A stretch of DNA of 64,000 nt, taken from NCBI GenBank assembly GCA_037925075.1, contig JAXSNR010000001.1:704001-768000 (forward strand). Reading direction: 5' to 3'. The stretch comes from Aquificaceae bacterium (GTDB lineage: Bacteria; Aquificota; Aquificia; Aquificales; Aquificaceae). How positions within the stretch are numbered: the stretch's first letter is position 1; the number at the start of each line of letters is the position of its first letter. Positions 56,089-64,000 of the stretch are shown one piece after another. The notes beneath the pieces are model-generated. The model worked only from the letters and a program-made list of their open reading frames with translations. It was not told where the DNA came from and ran no database searches. A program made the translations under genes and the position numbers.

Positions 56089-56854
56089 AGGCATAGCCCC
56101 CATATCCTACCACCCTTCTTTTATCTCCAAAGCTGTCCGCGGATGTGCTGTAATCTACGAGGATTGCCTTGATTTTTTTATCCCTTGCGTAAAGGAGTGC
56201 TCCCTCTATACCCCTTTTGCCACAAGCTTGACATTTCTTTCCATCCTCTTCACTTCCTTTCAAGACCCACATATGGCAATGGCTGTCAAGCCTTCTTGTG
56301 GTTTGGTCATCATAGTAATGGCTAAGGTCAGAGCTTATCACAAAGAGAGTGTCTTCATCGCAGAAGTATTCAATGAGCTTTTTTATCTCCCGTGCCTCAA
56401 TTCTTCCATAAACTACGGGAATGAGCAAAAACTCTCCAAGGGCAAGCTGTAAAAAAGGTAATTGGACCTCAAGGGAGTGTTCCCAAAGATGGGGTTCATC
56501 GTAGAAAAGCTCTTTCCTTTTTTCTGCGTATTTCTCAATGCTTATTCTGTCTAAGGGTACCTTTCCGAGAGGTGTTTCAAAGGCTTCAAAGCTTCCAAAG
56601 GAATAGCCTTCAAAATCTACAAAGTGGGAAGGACCAATAAGGAGCACCCTTTTTATAGGCTTTCCCTTGACAAGGGCGTAAACCCTTCCTGCGGCTTTCC
56701 CTGAGTATTCGTACCCTGCATGGGGAGATATGAGCCCAACCACTTTACCCTCTGGCTCAAACCTCTTTTCCATAAGCCCTTCCACCTTTTTTCTTAACTC
56801 CTCCGGGTCTGAGGGATAAAAGTAGCCCGCTACCGCTGGTTTTCTAACCCTCAT
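56078..56854 (-). CDS. amrB: AmmeMemoRadiSam system protein B (MEMO1 family)
   Basis: R.PAVAG.FYP, PHAGY.YSG, GPSH, EHSLEVQLPFL, SSDLSHY, CG, VVGY; start reassigned to 56854. Confidence 0.9.
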   Translation of the reverse strand: MRVRKPAVAGYFYPSDPEELRKKVEGLMEKRFEPEGKVVGLISPHAGYEYSGKAAGRVYALVKGKPIKRVLLIGPSHFVDFEGYSFGSFEAFETPLGKVPLDRISIEKYAEKRKELFYDEPHLWEHSLEVQLPFLQLALGEFLLIPVVYGRIEAREIKKLIEYFCDEDTLFVISSDLSHYYDDQTTRRLDSHCHMWVLKGSEEDGKKCQACGKRGIEGALLYARDKKIKAILVDYSTSADSFGDKRRVVGYGGYAFIS

Positions 56855-56872
56855 GGGTTTAAATTTAGACCT

Positions 56873-57883
56873 GTGAAGGCTGTCGCATGGCTCAGTGAGA
56901 AGAAAGATGGGAAAATACTTTGCAAAGCTTGTTCTCAAAGGTGTTTGCTTGAGGAGGGAGAATACGGAAAGTGTGGCGTAAGGGTAAGGGAAGGTGATAG
57001 GCTTTACCTTACAGTCTACGGGCTTGTATCCGCCATAAATGCGGACCCTATAGAGAAAAAGCCCCTTTATCACTTTCTACCATCCACTTACAGCCTTTCC
57101 ATAGGCACTGTGGGATGTAATTTTTCCTGTCAGTTCTGTCAAAACTGGGAGATTTCTCAGTATCCTCAGACGCATAACTATGAGGTCTTTGGTGAAGAAA
57201 TAAGCCCAGAGGAGATAGTAAGACTTGCGGAGCTATACAAAACCCCTTCTATATCCTACACCTACAATGAGCCTGTTATCTTTTTTGAATTTGCCTACGA
57301 TGTGATGAAGTTGGCAAAGGAAAGGGGTATAAGGAACGTCTTTGTCACAAGCGGTTATGAAACACAGGAAGCCATAGATACAGCCCTTCCCTACCTTGAT
57401 GCCATGAACATAGACCTAAAATCCTTTTCTGATGATTTTTACAGGAAGATATGCGGAGCAAGGTTAAAGCCTGTCCTTAAAACCATTGAATACGCCTTTA
57501 AGAAGGGCATATGGATTGAGATAACCACCTTACTTATACCCGGATACAACGATTCAGAAAAGGAGATCAGGGAGTTAGCCAGATTTATAGCTGGGCTTTC
57601 AAAGGATATTCCTTGGCACATATCCAGATTCTTCCCAGCTTACAGGATGCTTGATGTTCCTCCAACCGCGGTGGAAAAGCTAAAAAGGGCTTACGAGATA
57701 GGGAAGGAAGAGGGTCTTAACTTTGTTTATGTGGGCAACTACTGGAATGAGGACCTTGAATCCACCTACTGCCCCAACTGTGGCAAAAAGGTCATAGAAA
57801 GGCTTGGCTACAGGACCACAAACAGGCTAAAAGAGGGAGCTTGTCCGCATTGCGGGTATAAACTGCCGGGTATCTGGATATAA
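56873..57883 (+). CDS. amrS: AmmeMemoRadiSam system radical SAM enzyme
   Basis: DPIEKKPLYHF, GCNFSCQFCQNWEIS (CxxxCxxC), YTYNEP, NIDLK. Confidence 0.95.
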   Translation: MKAVAWLSEKKDGKILCKACSQRCLLEEGEYGKCGVRVREGDRLYLTVYGLVSAINADPIEKKPLYHFLPSTYSLSIGTVGCNFSCQFCQNWEISQYPQTHNYEVFGEEISPEEIVRLAELYKTPSISYTYNEPVIFFEFAYDVMKLAKERGIRNVFVTSGYETQEAIDTALPYLDAMNIDLKSFSDDFYRKICGARLKPVLKTIEYAFKKGIWIEITTLLIPGYNDSEKEIRELARFIAGLSKDIPWHISRFFPAYRMLDVPPTAVEKLKRAYEIGKEEGLNFVYVGNYWNEDLESTYCPNCGKKVIERLGYRTTNRLKEGACPHCGYKLPGIWI

Positions 57884-57884
57884 A

Positions 57885-57958
57885 CGTGCCCGGGGGGACT
57901 TGAACCCCCGACCTTGGGTTCCGGAGACCCACGCTCTATCCAGCTGAGCTACGGGCAC
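57885..57958 (-). tRNA. tRNA-Arg (anticodon CCG), CCA not encoded
   Basis: GTGCCCG acceptor / CGGGCAC-G, TAGCTCAGCTGGATAGAGC D arm, TGGGT-CTCCGGA-ACCCA anticodon arm, GGTTCAAGTCC T arm. Confidence 0.96.
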
Positions 57959-57979
57959 TTAGAGGGATATAATATACAC

Positions 57980-59338
57980 ATGTTCAGAGAAAAGGTCAAA
58001 AGCTTCCACTTTGTGGGCATAGGTGGGATAGGCATGAGTGGTATAGCCCAGATACTCCTTGAACTGGGCTATGAGGTCTCCGGTTCAGACCTCAGGGAAA
58101 ACAAAAACATAGACCTCCTTAAAAAAAAGGGTGCGCGGGTATACATAGGACACTCTGAGGAAAATCTGAAGGGTGCTCAGGTAGTGGTCTATTCTTCTGC
58201 GGTTTCTGAGGACAACCCAGAGATAAAGAAGGCAAAGGAGCTGGGTATTCCTGTAATACCAAGGGGAGAGATGCTTGCGGAGCTTTTCAGGATTGGAGAA
58301 GGCATAGCGGTATGCGGTTCTCATGGAAAGACCACAACCACCTCCATGATAGCCCATGCCTTTCATGAGGCTGGGTATGACCCTACGGTGCTCATAGGTG
58401 GTGTGCTTCAAAGGTTTGGCTCTAACGCAAAGCTTGGCAAAGATAAGCTTATAATCTCTGAGGCGGACGAAAGCGATGGCAGTTTTCTAAAGCTTTTGCC
58501 CACCGTCGCTGTGATAACCAACATAGACAGGGAGCATATAGGCTTTTACAAGGATATTGAGGACATAAAACATGCCTTTCTTAGGTTTGCGGATGCGGTA
58601 CCCTTTTACGGCTTTGTGGTGCTAAACCTTGACGACGAAAACTGCAGGTGGGTTTTGGAGAAAACCCATAGGAAGGTGATAACCTTTGGTGTAGAACAGG
58701 CATCCAGCTACACCGCAAAAGGGCTTAGGCTTGTGGATGGCAAATACGCTTTTGAGGTTTGGCATGAGGGTAAAAGACTTGGTGAGGTATATCTTGGTGT
58801 GCCTGGTAGGCACAATGTGTATAATGCCCTTGCCTGCATGGCGGTCTGCATTGAGGCTGGGCTAAGCTTTGAGGATGTTAAAAGGGCACTTGAGAGCTTC
58901 AAAAATGCGGAAAGAAGGCTTGAGTTAAAAGGATACTATAGAGAAGCCCCAGTGTATGACGATTATGGGCACCACCCAACGGAGATAAGGGCTGTTATAA
59001 ATGCGGTGAGAGATATGCATCCCGAAAGGAAAATACTGCTTGCTTTTCAGCCCCATAGGTATTCAAGAACCTACCACCTTCTTGAAGAATTTGTAAATGT
59101 ACTAAGTGAAGTAGAGGAATGTCTTCTCACAGACATATATCCCGCGGGAGAGCAAAATCTGTATGGAGTGAGCTCAAAGGAGCTTGCCATAAGGTCTGGC
59201 TGTGTTTATTGTCCTACAAAGGATGAGCTTTTTGAAGCCTTAGAAGAAAGGGTTTCTGAGGACCATGTGGTCCTATTTATGGGTGCGGGTAGCATATCAA
59301 GGTGGTGTGAGGAGTTTCTGGAGTTAAAAAGGGCATGA
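57980..59338 (+). CDS. murC: UDP-N-acetylmuramate-L-alanine ligase
   Basis: GIGGIGMSG, HGKTTT, EADESDGSF, DDYGHHPTEI, FQPHRYSRT; start 57980. Confidence 0.97.
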   Translation: MFREKVKSFHFVGIGGIGMSGIAQILLELGYEVSGSDLRENKNIDLLKKKGARVYIGHSEENLKGAQVVVYSSAVSEDNPEIKKAKELGIPVIPRGEMLAELFRIGEGIAVCGSHGKTTTTSMIAHAFHEAGYDPTVLIGGVLQRFGSNAKLGKDKLIISEADESDGSFLKLLPTVAVITNIDREHIGFYKDIEDIKHAFLRFADAVPFYGFVVLNLDDENCRWVLEKTHRKVITFGVEQASSYTAKGLRLVDGKYAFEVWHEGKRLGEVYLGVPGRHNVYNALACMAVCIEAGLSFEDVKRALESFKNAERRLELKGYYREAPVYDDYGHHPTEIRAVINAVRDMHPERKILLAFQPHRYSRTYHLLEEFVNVLSEVEECLLTDIYPAGEQNLYGVSSKELAIRSGCVYCPTKDELFEALEERVSEDHVVLFMGAGSISRWCEEFLELKRA

Positions 59339-60954
59339 ATGGAATCTCTGGAAAAGAATGGGTGCTCCTTAGCCATCTGATAAAGCCAGACAGCGACCTA
59401 TCTCAAAGGCTTGGTTTTTTCAAAGCTCAGCTCCTTGCCAACAGAAACCAAAGGGACCTTGAAAGCAGGCTCAATAGACTGATCCCACCCTCCGGCATTC
59501 CAAATATACAGGAGGCGGTTGAACTCATTGTAAGTTATGTCAAAAGCGGTAGAAGAATAGTGGTTTTTGGAGATTACGACGTGGATGGAATAACGGGTAC
59601 AGCCATCCTATATGACCTTCTAAAAAAGGCTGGTGCAAAGGTTTTTCCCCTTCTGCCTTCAAGAAAGAAGGGCTACGGGCTTACAAAGGAGCTTGTAATA
59701 AAACTCAGCAGGTATGCGGACCTTCTTATAACCGTGGATAACGGAAGCACAGCGGTGGAGGAACTGAGCTACTCCACCATACCTACCATAGTGCTTGACC
59801 ATCATAATGTAAGCGAAAATGTGCCAAAGGCTCTTGTGGTAAACCCAAAACTGGGAGAAGACAGGGAACTTAGACACATATCATCCTCTGGGCTTGCCTT
59901 TTATATGTCCATCCTTTTGAGTAAGAGTTTAGACCTTGATTTGGATGTGCGTAACTACCTTCATCTTGCCTCTATGGGAACGGTTGCGGACGTTATGCCC
60001 ATGAACCTCGTTAATAGAATAATTGTCTCCAACGGCATAAGGCTTTTGAACCATGTTCTCAAGGGTAGCCTTCATGCACCGGGTATAAGGCTTTTGATGG
60101 AAAGGTCAGGCATAAGGGAGGAAGTAACCTCAAGGGATATAGCCTTCTCTTTGGCACCTCGGCTTAACGCTCCCGGTAGGGTAGCCAAGCCCTATGTGGC
60201 CCTCAAGCTACTCCTTGAGACCAAAGAGGATAGGGCCAAGTCTCTTGTGGAGAGGATAGACAGGTTAAACCAGTACAGAAAACAGCTAAGCCAGATGGCT
60301 TTTGAGGAAGCTCTCAAGCAAGCTCAAAAGCAAAAGGACCATACTGTTATAATCACCAAACTTGAGGAATGGGCAGGGGGTGTTGCTGGCATAGTGGCGG
60401 GTAGGATATCCGCCCTGTTCGCAAAGCCTTCTGTGGTAATATCCTTAGGTAAGGAGTATTCAAGTGCGTCGGTGAGGGGGGTAGAAGGTACGGATGTGCA
60501 TTCCATCCTAAAAAGGATGTCCCATCTGTTCATAAAATGGGGTGGGCATTCCACCGCCGCAGGTTTTACCATAAGAACGCAGGATATATCCCACTTTGAA
60601 AGCCTCGCAAGGTACTTTTTCTCAGAGCTTCCCTCAGAGGAAGGCAAGCTGTACATAGACATGGCTCTTCCCTTGGCTTGTGTAAACCAAGAGCTCTACG
60701 ACGCCATAAGAGACCTTGAGCCTTACGGTGAGGGTTTTCCAGAACCTCTTTTTATGTCGGAGCCTTTGAACCTGAAGTTGGTAGGGGGTAGCAAGGAAAG
60801 AATGTGTTTAAAAGCGGACAATTTTAGCTTGCTTTCTTGGGATAGCATCATAAACGAGAAGCTTTACACTTTTAACTCAAAGCCCAGAAGAATAGTCTAC
60901 CAGTTAGACAGAAGAAGGCCCAACACGCTTGTGCTGGTGGATGTGGAGGCTTAG
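59335..60954 (+). CDS. recJ: ssDNA exonuclease RecJ
   Basis: GDYDVDG, TVDNG, DHH, GTVADV, PRLNA.GR, GGH..AAG, LEPYG. Confidence 0.93.
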   Translation: MNGISGKEWVLLSHLIKPDSDLSQRLGFFKAQLLANRNQRDLESRLNRLIPPSGIPNIQEAVELIVSYVKSGRRIVVFGDYDVDGITGTAILYDLLKKAGAKVFPLLPSRKKGYGLTKELVIKLSRYADLLITVDNGSTAVEELSYSTIPTIVLDHHNVSENVPKALVVNPKLGEDRELRHISSSGLAFYMSILLSKSLDLDLDVRNYLHLASMGTVADVMPMNLVNRIIVSNGIRLLNHVLKGSLHAPGIRLLMERSGIREEVTSRDIAFSLAPRLNAPGRVAKPYVALKLLLETKEDRAKSLVERIDRLNQYRKQLSQMAFEEALKQAQKQKDHTVIITKLEEWAGGVAGIVAGRISALFAKPSVVISLGKEYSSASVRGVEGTDVHSILKRMSHLFIKWGGHSTAAGFTIRTQDISHFESLARYFFSELPSEEGKLYIDMALPLACVNQELYDAIRDLEPYGEGFPEPLFMSEPLNLKLVGGSKERMCLKADNFSLLSWDSIINEKLYTFNSKPRRIVYQLDRRRPNTLVLVDVEA

Positions 60955-61446
60955 GTGGCTCTCGGAAAAGGTCACGACTTTGTAAACCTCCTTGCCCTTC
61001 CCGCATGCCTTTACTTTGTGCCAAGAGAGTTTTTCTTTCCCTTTACCGCAGGGTATCTTGTAGGAACTTTCCTTTTGTCTCCAGACCTTGACCTTCCTTA
61101 CTCAAAGCCTTCCAGAAGATGGAAAACTCTAAAGTTTATCTGGATGCCTTATCAGGTTTTCTCAAGGCATAGAGGTGCATCTCATGTGCCAATTCTTGGA
61201 ACTTTCCTAAGACTTGCCTATTTTTCGTTGACTCTTTTGTTTCTTTACTTTGTCTTGCTTGGTTTTTCCTCCAAATATGTGCCTGCTCTAAAAGACCTTC
61301 TCCTTAGCTTTGACATCTTTGAGCTTTTCTCAAGGCTTGCCAAAAGGGAAGAAATCTTTTACTTTGCTCTTGGAGTTGTTATTTCTGAGGTTTTTCATGT
61401 TTTCCTTGACCTTTTGACTAGCTTGCTCAAAAGGTTTAAAATATAG
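60955..61446 (+). CDS. DUF2227-type putative metal-binding membrane protein
   Basis: G..HD, LSPDLD, W.PY....HRG.SH, H..LD. Confidence 0.8.
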   Translation: MALGKGHDFVNLLALPACLYFVPREFFFPFTAGYLVGTFLLSPDLDLPYSKPSRRWKTLKFIWMPYQVFSRHRGASHVPILGTFLRLAYFSLTLLFLYFVLLGFSSKYVPALKDLLLSFDIFELFSRLAKREEIFYFALGVVISEVFHVFLDLLTSLLKRFKI

Positions 61447-61448
61447 CT

Positions 61449-62003
61449 GTGAGACTTCTAATACTTGCCTCCCAATCAAAAAGGAGGGTTCAGATACTCA
61501 GCATGCTTGGTTTTAAGTTTCAAGTAGTGCCCTCCTATGTGGAAGAGGGACACAGTGGTAAGCCGGTGCTTACCGCAAGAAGACTTGCCTTCAAAAAGGC
61601 TTTCGCTGTATGGAAGGACTACAAGTTTGCCACCGTGCTTGGGGCGGACACGATAGTGGTCCTTGGAAGGGAGATACTTGGAAAGCCAAGGGATAGGGAG
61701 GAAGCCGTAGAAATCTTGGCCAAGCTATCGGGAAGATGGCACAGGGTCATAACTGGGGTTTGTGTGCTTTCTCCAAAGGGGAAGTATAGCTTTCATGATA
61801 CCGCATGGGTAAAGTTTAGACCCATGAGCCTAAGAGAAATCCAAAGCTATGTGGAAACGGGAGAGCCTATGGACAAGGCGGGGGCTTACGCGGTTCAAGG
61901 CATGGGTGCGCGGTTTGTGGAGAAGATAATAGGCGATTTTTACACGGTTATGGGGCTTCCCGCAAGCAAAACCTACGAGGTACTAAAGGATGTTTTGGAT
62001 TAG
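61449..62003 (+). CDS. maf: Maf family nucleoside-triphosphate pyrophosphatase
   Basis: LILASQS.RR, GADTIV, GKP, DKAGAY..QG, V.GLP. Confidence 0.95.
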   Translation: MRLLILASQSKRRVQILSMLGFKFQVVPSYVEEGHSGKPVLTARRLAFKKAFAVWKDYKFATVLGADTIVVLGREILGKPRDREEAVEILAKLSGRWHRVITGVCVLSPKGKYSFHDTAWVKFRPMSLREIQSYVETGEPMDKAGAYAVQGMGARFVEKIIGDFYTVMGLPASKTYEVLKDVLD

Positions 62004-62109
62004 CTTGTTTATGCTGTTCTTGTGTGGTTGTTCCGCTGTGGTAAGTCAAAGGGAAGGAGATGTGGAAATAGGCGGAGGAGTTCAGATACAAATACAACAT
62101 AGGAGGTAA
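61990..62109 (+). CDS. Putative 39-aa lipoprotein, not in the ORF track
   Basis: MFWISLFMLFLCG-CSAVVSQREGDVEIGGGVQIQIQHRR*; fills the maf-redoxin gap. Confidence 0.5.
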   Translation: MFWISLFMLFLCGCSAVVSQREGDVEIGGGVQIQIQHRR

Positions 62110-62112
62110 GAT

Positions 62113-62613
62113 ATGCCCTTAAAGGTTGGAGAAAAGGCTAAGGACTTTGAGCTTTCTGATGTGGATGGAAGTTTTCACTCCTTGGCGGAGACGGAAGGTT
62201 ATAGGCTATTGGTTTTTTACAAGGTTACCTGTCCAACCTGCCAACTAACACTGCCCTTTGTGGAAAAGCTATACGGGCTTTACGGACATAAGATTACCTT
62301 CTGGGGCATAGCTCAAGACCCAGACCACGCGGTGCATGATTTTGCCAAGACCTACGGGCTTACCTTCCCACAGCTTATAGACTATCCAGACTATGCGGTA
62401 TCTGTGGATTACCATGTGCAGGTGGTACCGACCATATACCTGATAAACCCACAGGGAATTATAGAGTTTGTGAGCTACTCTTTTGTAAAGGCTGAAATCC
62501 AAAAGCTTACAGAAAAGTTGTCTCATATTGCGGAGAAGCCCTTTGAGGATGTTTTTTCAGGTCAGCGTGTGCCTGAATTAAAGCCCGGCTGAGGCTCAAG
62601 AAGTAGGCGTTAG
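62113..62613 (+). CDS. AhpC/TSA-TlpA-like redoxin, probable selenoprotein (UGA 62590-62592 read as Sec)
   Basis: CPTC active site, VPT cis-Pro loop; C-terminus KPG-TGA-GSRSRR-TAG with a hairpin right after the TGA; selA/selB in the same window. Confidence 0.8.
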
Positions 62614-62628
62614 GCTAACGCTATGAGC
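62594..62628 (+). promoter_or_regulatory. Candidate bacterial SECIS element
   Basis: GCTCA/TGAGC lower stem, GCGTTA-GGC-TAACGC apical stem-loop with G-first loop 20 nt after the UGA. Confidence 0.65.
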
Positions 62629-63303
62629 TGTGATAGGTTAAAGGAGGTAGAAGAGAGAATTCAATGGGCTTGCCAGCGTGCGGGCAGAAAAAGGGAAGAG
62701 GTATTGCTACTGGGAGCTTCAAAGTCTGTTCCGTCGGAAAGAATAAGGGAGTTTTTTAACTGTGGGCTTAAGGTCTTTGGTGAAAACCGAGTTCAGGAGT
62801 TTTTGAAAAAGTACGAGGACCTAAAGGACCTTCCCATAGACTGGCATTTTATAGGAAGGCTTCAGAGCAACAAGGTTAAATACATCATAGACAAGGTAAG
62901 CCTTGTGCATTCCCTTGACAGGGAAAGCTTGTTGGAGGAGCTTCAAAAAAGGGCTGAAGGGCTTGGAAAGGTCCAAGAGGTCCTCATAGAGGTCAATGTG
63001 GGGGGTGAGGAAACAAAGGGTGGCGTTGAGCCAAAGGCTCTAAAGGAATTCTTTGAAAAGTGCCTAAAGGCAAAAAATATTAAGGTGCTTGGTCTTATGT
63101 GCATTCCTCCTTACAGGAAAAACCCAGAAGAAGTACGTCCCTACTTTGCCCTTTTGAGAAGGCTCAGGCAAGAACTGGAGGAGGAGTTTAACCTAAGGCT
63201 TCCTCACCTTTCCATGGGCATGTCCCACGACTTTGAGACAGCAATAGAAGAGGGAGCCACCATAGTAAGAGTAGGAACTTTACTCTTTGGAAGCAGGGTT
63301 TAA
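62623..63303 (+). CDS. yggS: YggS-family PLP homeostasis protein
   Basis: ASK, FGENRVQE, WHFIG.LQSNK, GLM, LSMGMS.DFE.AIEEGAT.VRVGT. Confidence 0.96.
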   Translation: MSCDRLKEVEERIQWACQRAGRKREEVLLLGASKSVPSERIREFFNCGLKVFGENRVQEFLKKYEDLKDLPIDWHFIGRLQSNKVKYIIDKVSLVHSLDRESLLEELQKRAEGLGKVQEVLIEVNVGGEETKGGVEPKALKEFFEKCLKAKNIKVLGLMCIPPYRKNPEEVRPYFALLRRLRQELEEEFNLRLPHLSMGMSHDFETAIEEGATIVRVGTLLFGSRV

Positions 63304-64000
63304 ATAAACCTCCCTTACTGGGAAGGGTATCCTTATGCCCTCCTCTTCGTATCTCCTTTTGAGCCTTTTTATAAACTCGTGCCTGAGAAGGTGCTGACTT
63401 TCAAAGTCTTTGGCCCTGAGTATCACGTTGAAGTTTATGGAAAAGTCTCCAAAAGAAGTGTATCGCACCCTTGGCTCAAAGTCTGGCACTCCCCCTTCCA
63501 CTTCTCTTTGTACCTGTCTTGCCACTTCAAGGGTAGTCCTTTCCACCTTTTCCAGATCGCTCTCATAAGATACACCTACCGGTACTATCACATTTAGCTC
63601 TGGCTGTGGCATATGAAAGTTGGTAATTATGGAGGTAGAAAGCTTGGAGTTGGGTACTATTATGAGGTTGTTAGTCGGATGGCGTAGTATGGTGTTCCTC
63701 CAAGTGATGTCTTCCACAAAGCCCTCTTCACCGCTCTGAAGCCTTATGTAGTCCCCTACCTTTATCTGCCTTGCGATAAGCACATGAAAACCCGCAAAGA
63801 GGTTTTCAAGGGTATCCCTCAGGGCAAGTGCCACAGCCAAGCCTCCCACACCAAGGGCTGTAAGGATAGGGGTTATAGCTATACCAATCTTGTCAAGAGC
63901 GACCAGAAAGCCTATAACATACACAAGAACACTAACAACCTGCACCACAAGAGAAGTTACCGGCAAATCTTCCCTGTATCTGCTTAGGTACAGTTTAATA
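63280..64000 (-). CDS. mscS: Small-conductance mechanosensitive channel (5'-partial)
   Basis: LGVGGLAVALAL.DTL.N..AG, VGD.I, G.VEDI..R.T, PNS, GI.IPFP; frame is open to the window edge. Confidence 0.9.
   Translation of the reverse strand, partial: IKLYLSRYREDLPVTSLVVQVVSVLVYVIGFLVALDKIGIAITPILTALGVGGLAVALALRDTLENLFAGFHVLIARQIKVGDYIRLQSGEEGFVEDITWRNTILRHPTNNLIIVPNSKLSTSIITNFHMPQPELNVIVPVGVSYESDLEKVERTTLEVARQVQREVEGGVPDFEPRVRYTSFGDFSINFNVILRAKDFESQHLLRHEFIKRLKRRYEEEGIRIPFPVREVYLNPASKE

Noticed and set aside
56855..57073. N-terminal extension of amrB (331 aa in the track)
   Set aside because: Overlaps amrS; the family begins at MRVRKPAVAG (56854)
57885..57958. tRNA-Arg as an integration site for an island
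   Set aside because: No integrase or duplicated tRNA 3' end seen; flanked by housekeeping genes
57914..57979. N-terminal extension of murC
   Set aside because: Overlaps tRNA-Arg on the opposite strand; ATG 57980 fits the family start and the -10 spacing
61449..62003. Link between this maf and the Maf-type glycosyltransferase at 33597
   Set aside because: Name collision only; unrelated families
1168..63987. Many short antisense or alternate-frame ORFs in the track
   Set aside because: Nested in well-supported genes with no motifs; treated as shadow ORFs

Overview
Compact, gene-dense bacterial chromosome segment. Gene content and layout point to Aquificaceae (Hydrogenobacter/Thermocrinis-like), by inference from the pheT-6S RNA-ygfA order, a half-length carB and E/K-rich proteins. 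Housekeeping blocks (selB/selA, cysG-N, cysM, pheT, 6S RNA, rny, mutS, carB half, sbcDC, M16 pair, fliA; then rluD-like, lpxB, hisD, lgt, sppA, amrB/amrS, tRNA-Arg, murC, recJ, maf, yggS, mscS) flank a ~24.5 kb surface-protein locus (23734-48291). In that locus a type II secretion system is split into two outward-facing operons (gspE-L-M-K plus a CPBP intramembrane protease; gspF-G-I-J-C-D-N). They enclose cargo: two secreted proteins ending in the same GGGGGC-TM-basic C-terminal sorting signal, three Cys-Gly-Gly lipoproteins (one of 736 aa with a perfect sigma70 promoter and its own terminator), Maf-type and GT9 glycosyltransferases, a YkgJ-type Cys-cluster protein and an ECF sigma/anti-sigma/subtilase module. 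Other highlights: a redoxin whose UGA 'stop' is probably selenocysteine, with a SECIS-like hairpin; a 491-bp-periodic DUF29 triplet with a hypervariable core; and a recurrent leaderless-type promoter layout (-10 box 6-8 nt before the start codon). All calls come from reading motifs by eye; no database searches were run.
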